Assembly (NCBI GenBank): GCA_903912435.1
Contig: CAIWHI010000271.1
Location: forward strand, 23,327 to 87,326
Source of the DNA: an uncultured Bacteroidota bacterium
Lineage (GTDB): Bacteria > Bacteroidota > Bacteroidia > Chitinophagales > Chitinophagaceae
Direction: 5' to 3'
DNA: 64,000 bases
The notes below the pieces were generated by a model. The model had not been told where the DNA came from. It saw only the letters and a list, made by a program, of their open reading frames with translations, and did not search any database. Shown here in pieces: positions 6,675 to 14,641 of this stretch. Position 1 is the stretch's first letter, and each line of letters starts with the position of its first letter. The translations under genes and the position numbers were made by a program.

Positions 6675-7108
6675 TAAAAATCTCCTTGTGCTACCTGAGC
6701 GCAGATAATGCCGGCTTCACGCCATACCTTAACTACACGATCACGATCTTCGAAAGCGATAGTAGGAATAAAGCCATCTGCTCGAATTTGTTCCAGCAGC
6801 TCGAGCTTAACCGTACTATCATCCCGATAGTCTTTTGTCTTCCTCATATAGAGGTTCTTGGGGTAGAAGAGATGCTTAATAAGCCATTGAATGGTAACAT
6901 CACGATACTCAGCTGGTCGCCCAGTGCAAAAGATAATGTTGTGCTTCGCTACCCATAGGGTTCGAATCAACTCAATCATCGGTGCAACTGGCTCGTCATT
7001 GATCATGTTGCTAAAGAACTGTGGCCAATCTTTTGGCTTATGTTCCAAGAACATCCTGCGATGCTCCATATTAGCGATAGTACCATCAATATCACAAATT
7101 ACGTCCAT
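6674..7108 (-). CDS. HAD-family 3'-phosphatase (PseT C-terminal domain-like)
   Basis: DIDGT, TGR, MR, FEDR..VVKVWR motifs. Confidence 0.88.
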   Translation of the reverse strand: MDVICDIDGTIANMEHRRMFLEHKPKDWPQFFSNMINDEPVAPMIELIRTLWVAKHNIIFCTGRPAEYRDVTIQWLIKHLFYPKNLYMRKTKDYRDDSTVKLELLEQIRADGFIPTIAFEDRDRVVKVWREAGIICAQVAQGDF

Positions 7109-7128
7109 TATCTCTCTCTCTTTGCAAT

Positions 7129-7204
7129 TGGAGGGCTCGGCCAGATTCGAACTGGCACCTCAAGGATTTGCAATCCCACGCATTAGCCATTTTGCTACGA
7201 ACCC
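7129..7204 (-). tRNA. tRNA-Cys(GCA)
   Basis: Loop TTGCAAA, U73, CCA. Confidence 0.92.
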
Positions 7205-7212
7205 ATTCTTAT

Positions 7213-7290
7213 TGGAGGATCACCTGGGAATCGAACCCAGCATCTTTGGTTTAAAAGACCAAGCCACACACCAGTGTGTGGATGTGATCC
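7213..7290 (-). tRNA. tRNA-Lys(TTT), extended D-stem
   Basis: TTGGT CTTTTAA ACCAA; D-arm CCACACA-CTGG-TGTGTGG. Confidence 0.82.
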
Positions 7291-7294
7291 AAAT

Positions 7295-7372
7295 TGGTCG
7301 CCCGTAGGGAACTCGAATCCCTATAACCCTACTTGAAAGGCAGGTGCTCTAGTCCAATTAAGCTAACGGGCG
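7295..7372 (-). tRNA. tRNA-Glu(TTC)
   Basis: Loop CTTTCAA, ACCA. Confidence 0.92.
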
Positions 7373-7380
7373 TTAAAACC

Positions 7381-7471
7381 ATTTAGAAAGATAAAGAAAC
7401 TAAAACATTAAGTCCATTATGTTTTAGACTTACGGAACGATGGACCGACACGCGTCTTTATCTTTCTAAAT
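7381..7471. ncRNA. candidate structured spacer RNA
   Basis: 17-bp terminal inverted repeat ATTTAGAAAGATAAAGA, inner stem CTAAAACAT/ATGTTTTAG. Confidence 0.45.
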
Positions 7472-7546
7472 GGTGCCACCTCACGGGATCGAACCATATT
7501 CTTCCGCTCTTCAGGCGGACGTGAGCACCAGCTTCACCAAAGCGGC
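7471..7546 (-). tRNA. tRNA-Phe(GAA)
   Basis: TCCGC CTGAAGA GCGGA, ACCA. Confidence 0.9.
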
Positions 7547-7560
7547 ACATTTAGAAATCA

Positions 7561-7621
7561 TATTTATATGTCAAAGAACAATCGATAAGCTTACTATATA
7601 CTATTTTTCAGTCTATGTCAA
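7561..7621 (-). promoter_or_regulatory. early (TTGACA-17-TATAGT) and late (TATAAATA) promoters driving the tRNA array
   Basis: -35 at 7616-7621, -10 at 7593-7598; TATAAATA at 7561-7568. Confidence 0.7.
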
Positions 7622-7906
7622 CATTTTTATTTCATAATTCAAAACAATATCCATTCCACTGGATGAATTAGAAAGAAGTTCACGCCGAAGCTTTTCTTTC
7701 GCCTTTTCTATCTCTTTAGCACCAGATGAAGAAGCATACACTTCCATCTCCCTGCTATCAAGTTCAATGCGATTGACCTGAATTACCCTAGCTTTTACCA
7801 AGTACTTATTCAAATTAGCTCGAGCCTTTAGCTCTTTGACCAGCTTAGGAAAGTAACCATGCGGCTGTGTTTCCCATATAAACTCAAGCTCTTCGCGATT
7901 AAGCAT
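7613..7906 (-). CDS. hypothetical protein
   Basis: ORF with AAGGG RBS; TTGACA-17-TATAAC promoter at 7935-7963. Confidence 0.65.
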   Translation of the reverse strand: MLNREELEFIWETQPHGYFPKLVKELKARANLNKYLVKARVIQVNRIELDSREMEVYASSSGAKEIEKAKEKLRRELLSNSSSGMDIVLNYEIKMLT

Positions 7907-7971
7907 CTGATATATTCCCTTGTTGTCAAGTACTGTTATACCATAGCTTAGATACTGTGTCAACCGCTATT

Positions 7972-8331
7972 TTAGCTAGCTGCTATGATATGCTTGCATG
8001 TCCTGCGAAAAGAATATCCGGTACATGTGCACGTCTTCAGCTTACCATTAATAGTCACAACGTAGCTCTTACCTTTGTCGCCCTGGACAATCAGCGTTTT
8101 GATAGCTGATACTGCCACGGGAGCCTGAGCTTCGTCATCGATAGACACAATCATACTCCGAGGAATAATCCGCATCTTAGAAGGAATCTCTCCTGCAGAG
8201 ATGCAAATCGCGTCGGACTCCACCCACTTAGGGGTGGGAAGCTTTTCGCCATAGTAAGTCATGAACTCTGGAATAGGGAAAAAATAACTTTCCCGCTTAT
8301 CCCAGAGAACGTTCTTACAAACGAGCTTCAT
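7972..8331 (-). CDS. SWIM zinc-finger protein
   Basis: C-terminal CTCTGYSFRRTCKH. Confidence 0.8.
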   Translation of the reverse strand: MKLVCKNVLWDKRESYFFPIPEFMTYYGEKLPTPKWVESDAICISAGEIPSKMRIIPRSMIVSIDDEAQAPVAVSAIKTLIVQGDKGKSYVVTINGKLKTCTCTGYSFRRTCKHIIAAS

Positions 8332-8458
8332 AGTCATCAATCCACGCAGCTTCGGTATCAAGCCATTCGTTAAATTCACGAGTGAGCTCGGCGACTTCCT
8401 CGTCGGACAGCTTCACGCCAGCCACCGATTCAGCCCATTCACGGTCTAGATCAACCAT
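8315..8458 (-). CDS. small acidic early protein (47 aa, absent from ORF track)
   Basis: MVDLDREWAESVAGVKLSDEEVAELTREFNEWLDTEAAWIDDYEARL; AAGGAG RBS. Confidence 0.7.
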   Translation of the reverse strand: MVDLDREWAESVAGVKLSDEEVAELTREFNEWLDTEAAWIDDYEARL

Positions 8459-8483
8459 TCACTTGCTCCTTCATTATGATTAA

Positions 8484-8642
8484 GTTATACACCAACCAGA
8501 AAATTAGGTAAACCAGCAAAAGTGAATAGCTGATATTCAACGATAGCTACCTAAGTTCAACTGAATGGCCACAACCATCGTGTTGTCACGAATACCATTA
8601 CCAAAGAATTACGTACACCAGCAAAAATGCATAGGAGCTATG
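8484..8642 (-). promoter_or_regulatory. tandem promoters (GTTTAC/GTGTAC -35), each with an upstream ATAG-N3-CTAT-like dyad
   Basis: GTTTAC..TATAAC at 8484-8513; dyads at 8524-8538 and 8630-8642. Confidence 0.55.
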
Positions 8643-8652
8643 ATTTATTGAA

Positions 8653-9090
8653 TTAGAACTCTAGTTCCATCTTGATGGCCGGGTTGCCATTAGCATAGTA
8701 ATTTTCTAGAATATCAATCTGCTTGAATCCAAAGTTTTCATACATATGTCGAGCTGGATTGTCCTCGGCCACCTCGAGGCTTATGCTCACATATCCACGG
8801 GAGAAGGACTTAGAAATAAGATCCTGCATCATGAGCGCACCGAAGCCCATCTTATGCATGGTTGGATCAACCGCTATGGAATATAGACGGATCTTACCCC
8901 AGTTAGTCCTGGTGAGCGCCAGGTAATAACCTACCACAATACCTTCAGCCTCTAAGACGCAGAAGGTGGGCATCCCAAGCTGTCTCCTGAAGATGCTCCG
9001 CTCAAAGGCTTCTTCACCAAACTGCGCCTCAATCAACATGATCTTATCGAGATCGCTTAGTTCGGCTATCCTTATCGTTGTGTGTATCAT
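8653..9090 (-). CDS. RimI-like GNAT acetyltransferase
   Basis: LYSIAVDPTMHKMGFG, LEVAEDNPARHMYENFGF..NYY. Confidence 0.88.
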   Translation of the reverse strand: MIHTTIRIAELSDLDKIMLIEAQFGEEAFERSIFRRQLGMPTFCVLEAEGIVVGYYLALTRTNWGKIRLYSIAVDPTMHKMGFGALMMQDLISKSFSRGYVSISLEVAEDNPARHMYENFGFKQIDILENYYANGNPAIKMELEF

Positions 9091-9547
9091 TTTGTAATTG
9101 CCTTAAGATCTTAAGATCATGCTCGTCTTTATACGGTGTTAGGTCTAAATCGTGCGGGATTTTAGTTAGCTTCTCATGCCCAATGTGCTTGTATTGCTGG
9201 ATTACGAAATGCTCATACTTGTCCCAGTCAATCCCATCCTTATGAATAGTCATTCTTTCTAAATGGGTAGCGATATGATGAGCTTTCTGATAATCAATGC
9301 CGAAGATGTCGATTATGGCTTTCTCACACTTCTCATGGATAAAGACATATGGCTCGGTGTCGACCTTTCCCATCATTTTCCTGTAGTGCCTATCGATGAA
9401 AATAGTCTTATCATCTTTTGAATAACCAGCTACATAAGGAATATCGCAGTCACGATTCACCTTATAATTTTGCTCGAACTCCTTAATAAACCTAGGGTCA
9501 GAAAGATATCGATGCACCGTGGCAGATGTTGTCTTAGGAAGTTTCAT
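9044..9547 (-). CDS. hypothetical protein
   Basis: 167-aa ORF overlapping both neighbours; HExxE motif. Confidence 0.7.
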   Translation of the reverse strand: MKLPKTTSATVHRYLSDPRFIKEFEQNYKVNRDCDIPYVAGYSKDDKTIFIDRHYRKMMGKVDTEPYVFIHEKCEKAIIDIFGIDYQKAHHIATHLERMTIHKDGIDWDKYEHFVIQQYKHIGHEKLTKIPHDLDLTPYKDEHDLKILRQLQNDTHNDKDSRTKRSR

Positions 9548-10214
9548 ATAATTTGCTCAGATCTTCAAGGGTTGCGATGGTATCGTCTCTTTTACATAAC
9601 ATGACATATTTATCTATATCTATTGACCATTCGCTTCCTGTCCACCATTGGAAGCCTTTCAGATAGCCCTTATAGACAGCCGATGAACCATATCCAGGAC
9701 CGATGTAAAGATGCTCCAGCCCTCTCTCCTTGGCTACCTGTACCTCATAACCGATGATGTGCTTACCGATGGACTTCTTTAGTTCTGAGTAATCCCATGC
9801 CGTTAAATTGGATTCCAGCGCGCCATCATATTCTGTAAACATGGTGAATGCATTGATTTTATCGGACTCACAGATCAACCAACTGGTCCTAGGATCATTA
9901 GGCATAAGGTTATAGATCTTTTTAAATCCCTTGTAATCTATGAATGTCTGATAAGCGGCTTCTACTTGATTTAGTTGTTCTTCTGTTAAGGTTTTAAGAT
10001 AAGTGAAATTGTATCCGGATACTTTCTGTGGCTTTTTATATTGTTCTAAGCATATACGAGTAGAGCGGCAGTTATACCACTTTCCCTCATTTATGGCCCA
10101 GCCCCGTTCTATTGCATTCACTTCTCTCGAATCTTGTAGATCTAGAATAGGCTTTACGAGCTGCAGGTCGAACTGTTCTTCCGACCCGTATATGTGTTCG
10201 TAACTGATCTTCAA
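9534..10214 (-). CDS. aminoacyl-tRNA-protein transferase-like (ATE1/Bpt family)
   Basis: ERGW..RSTRI N-part; WDY..SIGKHIIGYEVQVAKERGLEHLYIG...YK C-part matches the ATE_C pattern; TTG start inferred. Confidence 0.65.
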   Translation of the reverse strand: MKISYEHIYGSEEQFDLQLVKPILDLQDSREVNAIERGWAINEGKWYNCRSTRICLEQYKKPQKVSGYNFTYLKTLTEEQLNQVEAAYQTFIDYKGFKKIYNLMPNDPRTSWLICESDKINAFTMFTEYDGALESNLTAWDYSELKKSIGKHIIGYEVQVAKERGLEHLYIGPGYGSSAVYKGYLKGFQWWTGSEWSIDIDKYVMLCKRDDTIATLEDLSKLYETS

Positions 10215-10242
10215 TTTGATTCCCTCTTTGATTAGAGGGCAT

Positions 10243-10278
10243 AAAAAAACCCTCAGGCTATTTAGCCCGAGGGTTTTG
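10243..10278 (-). terminator. intrinsic terminator
   Basis: CCCTCGGGCTA-AA-TAGCCTGAGGG followed by T-tract. Confidence 0.75.
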
Positions 10279-10283
10279 AAAGT

Positions 10284-10358
10284 TGGCACCAGCACTAGGA
10301 TTCGAACCTAGACGAACAGTTTTGGAGACTGTCATGCTTGCCATTACATTATGCTGAT
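10284..10358 (-). tRNA. tRNA-Trp(CCA)
   Basis: ACAGT CTCCAAA ACTGT, GCCA. Confidence 0.93.
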
Positions 10359-10431
10359 ACACATTTTATTTATGTAGTATACCTCATGATTGTCATGATG
10401 TCAAGAACTTTTTCACCGTATCTTACTTTTT

Positions 10432-10650
10432 TTAGTCTTTCAGGCTTTCAAACACGCCAGTCAAGAAAGCCGTAACACTAACCAAAGAAGTAACAACATA
10501 AGCGATCATGTAAATAATTTCAAATACTCGCCAGAAAATGATCAGCATATTATTTGGATGAGTCTCGGCAAAATATGCATCTATACACATGAGAGCCATA
10601 ATGGCAGTCAAAACTGACATCAAAATAATGACGAACTTAGTTTTATTCAT
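10432..10650 (-). CDS. small membrane protein
   Basis: Two hydrophobic segments. Confidence 0.6.
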   Translation of the reverse strand: MNKTKFVIILMSVLTAIMALMCIDAYFAETHPNNMLIIFWRVFEIIYMIAYVVTSLVSVTAFLTGVFESLKD

Positions 10651-10907
10651 GGTGTATGTCCTTTAAAAATCTTCTTATACATTCGTTCTAAGAATGTTGG
10701 CTTTTTTGGATCTTTTGGTTCAAAAAACTTTGCTTCTGCTCCACAGATATAACCGCGCATGCTAGTAGCATAGAGATTTAAATCTCTTGAATCTTTTCCA
10801 GTGACAAGATAATTAAGTGAAAGCCTATATGCTTCTTGATGAAAGCACTTGGCAAATTCATTATTTCGCTTTTCGCGATACTTACAATCACTACAAAACT
10901 TGGTCAA
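10647..10907 (-). CDS. hypothetical Cys-rich protein
   Basis: CSDCKY..C..CGAEAKFFEP; TTG start after GGAG inferred. Confidence 0.6.
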   Translation of the reverse strand: MTKFCSDCKYREKRNNEFAKCFHQEAYRLSLNYLVTGKDSRDLNLYATSMRGYICGAEAKFFEPKDPKKPTFLERMYKKIFKGHTP

Positions 10908-11061
10908 AGTTCTTGCTCCATATTTTATTGTAGAAATATACTTTAGCCATATCATTTGGATAATACATAAACTTATTACGATTCGGTGCATCCAGCGAAT
11001 CAAACCAAAGCCAAAAAGCTTTGTTAAAACGATCCGAGGAAATCTCTTTAAATATTTCCAT
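10891..11061 (-). CDS. hypothetical 56-aa protein (absent from ORF track)
   Basis: MEIFKEISSDRFNKAFWLWFDSL... Confidence 0.55.
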   Translation of the reverse strand: MEIFKEISSDRFNKAFWLWFDSLDAPNRNKFMYYPNDMAKVYFYNKIWSKNFDQVL

Positions 11062-11064
11062 AAT

Positions 11065-11140
11065 TGGTACCCACTATGGGATTCGAACCCATCCTGTAAA
11101 GTTTTTAAGACTCATGCCTCTGCCGCTGGGCTAAGTGGGC
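11065..11140 (-). tRNA. tRNA-Leu(TAA), short variable loop
   Basis: Loop CTTAAAA, ACCA, 76 nt. Confidence 0.85.
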
Positions 11141-11152
11141 TTTAATTGTAAA

Positions 11153-11227
11153 TGGTGCGCCCGGCTGGAATCGAACCAACGACCAGACCGTTATGAGCGG
11201 TCAGCTCTACCATTAAGCTACAGGCGC
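11153..11227 (-). tRNA. tRNA-Met/Ile2(CAT)
   Basis: GACCG CTCATAA CGGTC, ACCA. Confidence 0.92.
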
Positions 11228-11428
11228 GCGCTTAGTATGAAAACGGATAATGGTGCTCAAGGCATCATCATATTCTTCGATGGCCATTAGATCATTATAT
11301 AACCGATTATATTCGGCCGAACCTTCTTCATAAGGATGAAGGCGCCATCGATCCCACATCTCAGTGATGATTGGAATCAATTCAGTCTTCTTTTCATGAA
11401 GGACCTTATAGAATTCTTGATCTTTCAT
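11213..11428 (-). CDS. hypothetical protein
   Basis: ORF with AAGGA RBS and TTGACA..TATAAT promoter at 11454-11481. Confidence 0.6.
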   Translation of the reverse strand: MKDQEFYKVLHEKKTELIPIITEMWDRWRLHPYEEGSAEYNRLYNDLMAIEEYDDALSTIIRFHTKRAPVA

Positions 11429-11490
11429 CTATATATCCTTTGTTGATAGGATCATTATACCAAGTGTGTGGCAAATGTCAACTAAAAAGC

Positions 11491-11709
11491 TTAAAACCCA
11501 AAATATTCTTTGAGAGTTTCCAGTGCCTCAAAATACCTCTTATAATCTTGAAGGTCTTGCTCTTGGTGGGGTTTCAAGCCACCGTTGTCACGAGCCCATT
11601 CCAAGTCTTCGATGCTATCCCGTAAGTCCATAAAAGCTGTATGAAGCTGGACGTTTACCAGTTCATCAAGGACGGATTCATCGATTGCAACTGTAACTTT
11701 TTTGATCAT
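11491..11709 (-). CDS. hypothetical protein
   Basis: 72-aa ORF coupled to upstream gene. Confidence 0.65.
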   Translation of the reverse strand: MIKKVTVAIDESVLDELVNVQLHTAFMDLRDSIEDLEWARDNGGLKPHQEQDLQDYKRYFEALETLKEYFGF

Positions 11710-12689
11710 TACTTCTTATCCCCTTTATTAAAACCAACATACCCCAAGAGACTGTCGATCCAGCTATTTCCAACCGTTACGACAGTGGAAGGCATGTAAG
11801 GCACCTGACCATTCCACTTGGTAAGAGCAGTAGCTTCGGCAGCCTTGATGTTGATATCAGCCTGAGCGTTCATATAAGGAACAGCAGGCATCATAGCAGC
11901 AGAGGACGCCGCCTTCTGAGTAGCAATAAACACTTCGTCTATGCTCTTCTGAATGGCATCGGTATATGATAGGGTTCCGGAATAACCAATGTAGTCGATG
12001 GTGATACCCTTCTCAGCAAAATGCTTGGTGATATCATTATGAAGATCATCCATAATAGCAGACGCCTGAGCATTACCATCAGCGAAACTCAACTTCATAA
12101 ACCGCTGGGCAAGTGCTGCCTGGACATAACCACGAACAACAGTATCCATAATATCGCTCAGACTCTTACCTTGCGAAGTGCTGGCAAACTGGCTGGCAAC
12201 ATCAGTGAACTGTTGATTCTTCGTTCCAAACCAATACAGGAAAGTGGCAGCATCCTCTTCCTTGACCATAGCACCGATAGAGATACCAGCGCCAATCGTG
12301 ATACCTTCCTTAGACTGGAACTGAAATCCTTCCTTCTTGGAACTAGTGCCACGGTCAGTAGCATCAACCCACTCACGCATATACGGAGTGCGGTCAACAA
12401 GAATCAAAAGCACAGATGGAACATAATAGTCCATTGTTCCCCAGTTCGCATTATGAACTAGAGTATGCGGAACCATAAACCGCTTCGTTGCAACCTTGGC
12501 ATCATCAAGAAACTTCTTAGAACCAAAGTTGGTCTGAGTATTCTTAGTATCACCAACAACAGGAATAGCGAATGCACTCTGGTTTGCCTGGATCATCACA
12601 TATTCAGGATTATCCTTGGTTTCATAATATGCATTTGCCTGGGTAGTAAAGGCGGTAAGCAGAGTCGCAGTCAACAGGATTTTACGCAT
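11709..12689 (-). CDS. SPFH/band-7-like exported or membrane protein
   Basis: Signal peptide; SKEGITIGAGISI, FAEKGITIDYIG, AIQKSID, KWNGQVP. Confidence 0.7.
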   Translation of the reverse strand: MRKILLTATLLTAFTTQANAYYETKDNPEYVMIQANQSAFAIPVVGDTKNTQTNFGSKKFLDDAKVATKRFMVPHTLVHNANWGTMDYYVPSVLLILVDRTPYMREWVDATDRGTSSKKEGFQFQSKEGITIGAGISIGAMVKEEDAATFLYWFGTKNQQFTDVASQFASTSQGKSLSDIMDTVVRGYVQAALAQRFMKLSFADGNAQASAIMDDLHNDITKHFAEKGITIDYIGYSGTLSYTDAIQKSIDEVFIATQKAASSAAMMPAVPYMNAQADINIKAAEATALTKWNGQVPYMPSTVVTVGNSWIDSLLGYVGFNKGDKK

Positions 12690-12981
12690 TGTTTTTATTT
12701 CCTTCTTCGTAAAGCCGCGCACGCCAATTACGCAAAGCATAGCTGGCTTTCAGTTCAGCCATTTTAAATTTTCTGTATTTTTCATCAGCATCGGCGGTTG
12801 CTTTAGCAAATGCAATTCCTTCTGCTGAATTCCGCATCAAGTTTTCACAAATCTCAGCATTTTTATCTGCTTCTTGTGCTTCTAGTGACAAACGTTCCAT
12901 TTTTTCATCCAGAATATAAGTCAATTCTTTCCAACCTTCGATGGTGGTTGGTTCATTGGGTAGCGAGATAAATTTTCTCAT
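12682..12981 (-). CDS. hypothetical protein
   Basis: 99-aa helical ORF. Confidence 0.6.
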   Translation of the reverse strand: MRKFISLPNEPTTIEGWKELTYILDEKMERLSLEAQEADKNAEICENLMRNSAEGIAFAKATADADEKYRKFKMAELKASYALRNWRARLYEEGNKNNA

Positions 12982-13034
12982 TTAAGTTATATTCCGAATA
13001 TCACCATGATTCCATTCGGTCATTATATAATCTC

Positions 13035-13289
13035 CTAATAAGACTTCAGCAGTTTAACAACAGGACCATACCAGATAGCGATAAGAGCAATCAAAAGCAC
13101 ACCGACAGACAAACCAGAACCATTGAACCAAGAAGAAACTACTTGAGTTCCGACATAAGCGGCATTGCTATCACTCAGTTGCTGAGCAGCCATAGGACCG
13201 CTAACCAAAGGACTAACAATTTCATGTGCGCGATTCATGGCAAAAAAGCCCAGAGTAGCACAAGCAGTAAGCAGGAGACGACTACGCAT
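13035..13289 (-). CDS. small membrane protein
   Basis: Hydrophobic segments, AAGGA RBS. Confidence 0.65.
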   Translation of the reverse strand: MRSRLLLTACATLGFFAMNRAHEIVSPLVSGPMAAQQLSDSNAAYVGTQVVSSWFNGSGLSVGVLLIALIAIWYGPVVKLLKSY

Positions 13290-13300
13290 TTAATAATTCC

Positions 13301-13729
13301 TTATGCATTTTTCAAGAAAAGATTAGCTTCTTCAACTGAATCGAAGAGCACAATATCACCCTGTTTGTCTCGGACATGATTGCCTGGCAAACCGTCGCGG
13401 GCGATGGCGAAATGGTCATAGATGTTAAATTTCTTTTTGCTAGTGGAAGACTGAAAGATCTGAAATCGATCTTTGATCATTGGGCTCTTATAACCCACGA
13501 TGTTCTGTTCGACGATCTTAACATCGGCCATCGAGGCCGGCTTATAAGCAATCCGACCAGCTTTCTTAGGAGCACGAGGCTTAGTCACCACCGGAACTTC
13601 CGGAGGAATAACCGCCGGCTCTGACTTAGTCACCTTAGTCACCTTGGTCTTCTTTTCTTTAGTGGGCTTTGCCGGCTTGGCCGGTGCCTTAGCATCCTTA
13701 GCTTTGCGATCATATACGCCACGAGGCAT
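13301..13729 (-). CDS. hypothetical Lys/Pro/Ala-rich protein
   Basis: AAGGAG RBS, histone-H1-like N-terminus. Confidence 0.7.
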   Translation of the reverse strand: MPRGVYDRKAKDAKAPAKPAKPTKEKKTKVTKVTKSEPAVIPPEVPVVTKPRAPKKAGRIAYKPASMADVKIVEQNIVGYKSPMIKDRFQIFQSSTSKKKFNIYDHFAIARDGLPGNHVRDKQGDIVLFDSVEEANLFLKNA

Positions 13730-13760
13730 ATCAGGCTCCTTCATTCATCATCATGGTCCC

Positions 13761-13855
13761 TTTATACCATCGCCTAAAAAAGACGTACATAAGCATTTTT
13801 GCATAGTAGCTATTCACTGGGGTCTATGTACCTTATTTTGCTAGGGTGGTATATT
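13761..13855. promoter_or_regulatory. divergent promoters (ATGTAC..GGTATAAA / ATGTAC..GGTATATT) around a GCATAG-TAG-CTATTC dyad
   Basis: Symmetric arrangement between divergent ORFs. Confidence 0.55.
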
Positions 13856-13884
13856 AAGACATAATGTGAATGAGGTGTAAATAT

Positions 13885-14367
13885 ATGTTAACTTACTATG
13901 ATATTCCGGACAAGTATGACCGAGACATGGTCATTGCGGCCGGCGAGTTCTTCCTATCAAAGTTGGTTAGCAAGCGCCTGATCAATAACCTAAACATCGA
14001 AGTCAACTTCGTCAAGGGAATGGTTAAGGCTTGCAAAATCGATGCTTGTATGAACTGGGAGGATCGTCTTACCAAGCCTCGTGAGTTCTCTATAGACATC
14101 GATGCCTCTATGCCTATTAAGAAAGCACTTACCACTTTAGCCCATGAACTGGTGCATGTTAAACAATATGCTATTGGCGAAATGTGTGATAAGAAAGGAG
14201 CTATTGTGGAATGGCTCGGTGTTAAGTATGATCAAGAAGAGCTTGACTATTGGGATCATCCTTGGGAAATCGATGCATTCGGTCGTGAAGCAGGTCTATA
14301 TGTAAGGTTTATGAAGTTCTACGGAGAGAAAAATGAAAAAGCAAAAAAGAAAAGTCGCAAAGCGTAA
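13885..14367 (+). CDS. HExxH zinc metallopeptidase-like protein
   Basis: TLAHELVHVKQY..YWDHPWEIDAF. Confidence 0.85.
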   Translation: MLTYYDIPDKYDRDMVIAAGEFFLSKLVSKRLINNLNIEVNFVKGMVKACKIDACMNWEDRLTKPREFSIDIDASMPIKKALTTLAHELVHVKQYAIGEMCDKKGAIVEWLGVKYDQEELDYWDHPWEIDAFGREAGLYVRFMKFYGEKNEKAKKKSRKA

Positions 14368-14485
14368 TCCGGTGGCCAGGGTCTTAAAAGATCCGCGTTA
14401 TAGGAAGAGGGTCGTTAAGCTTAAGACTGCTTATGACCGCAAAAAGAAAGGGGAGCTAATTGCTCCCCTTTTTGATATCTGCTAA
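14333..14485 (+). CDS. ArfA-like alternative ribosome rescue factor (50 aa, absent from ORF track)
   Basis: RNPVARVLKDPRYRKRVVKLKTAYDRKKK resembles the ArfA core; GGAG RBS. Confidence 0.65.
   Translation: MKKQKRKVAKRNPVARVLKDPRYRKRVVKLKTAYDRKKKGELIAPLFDIC
14447..14473. terminator. bidirectional intrinsic terminator inside the ArfA-like ORF
   Basis: AAAGGGGAGC-TAATT-GCTCCCCTTTTT. Confidence 0.8.
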
Positions 14486-14641
14486 AATTTTATCAATTTC
14501 CTCATAAAGAGGATTGAGCCGGGTATTCACCAGTTCCAAATATCGATTATGATCATAAGCTTTAAGTGAATCCGATATATCAATCTTTACTTCAATTAAT
14601 CTATCGATGAGTTTTAATAAATCATGATTCATCACATTCAA
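14456..14641 (-). CDS. hypothetical protein
   Basis: Short ORF following regA operon. Confidence 0.55.
   Translation of the reverse strand: MNVMNHDLLKLIDRLIEVKIDISDSLKAYDHNRYLELVNTRLNPLYEEIDKILADIKKGSN

Noticed and set aside
80-11227. Stop-codon reassignment or suppressor tRNA
   Set aside because: No CTA, TTA or TCA anticodon found; core genes translate intact in code 11
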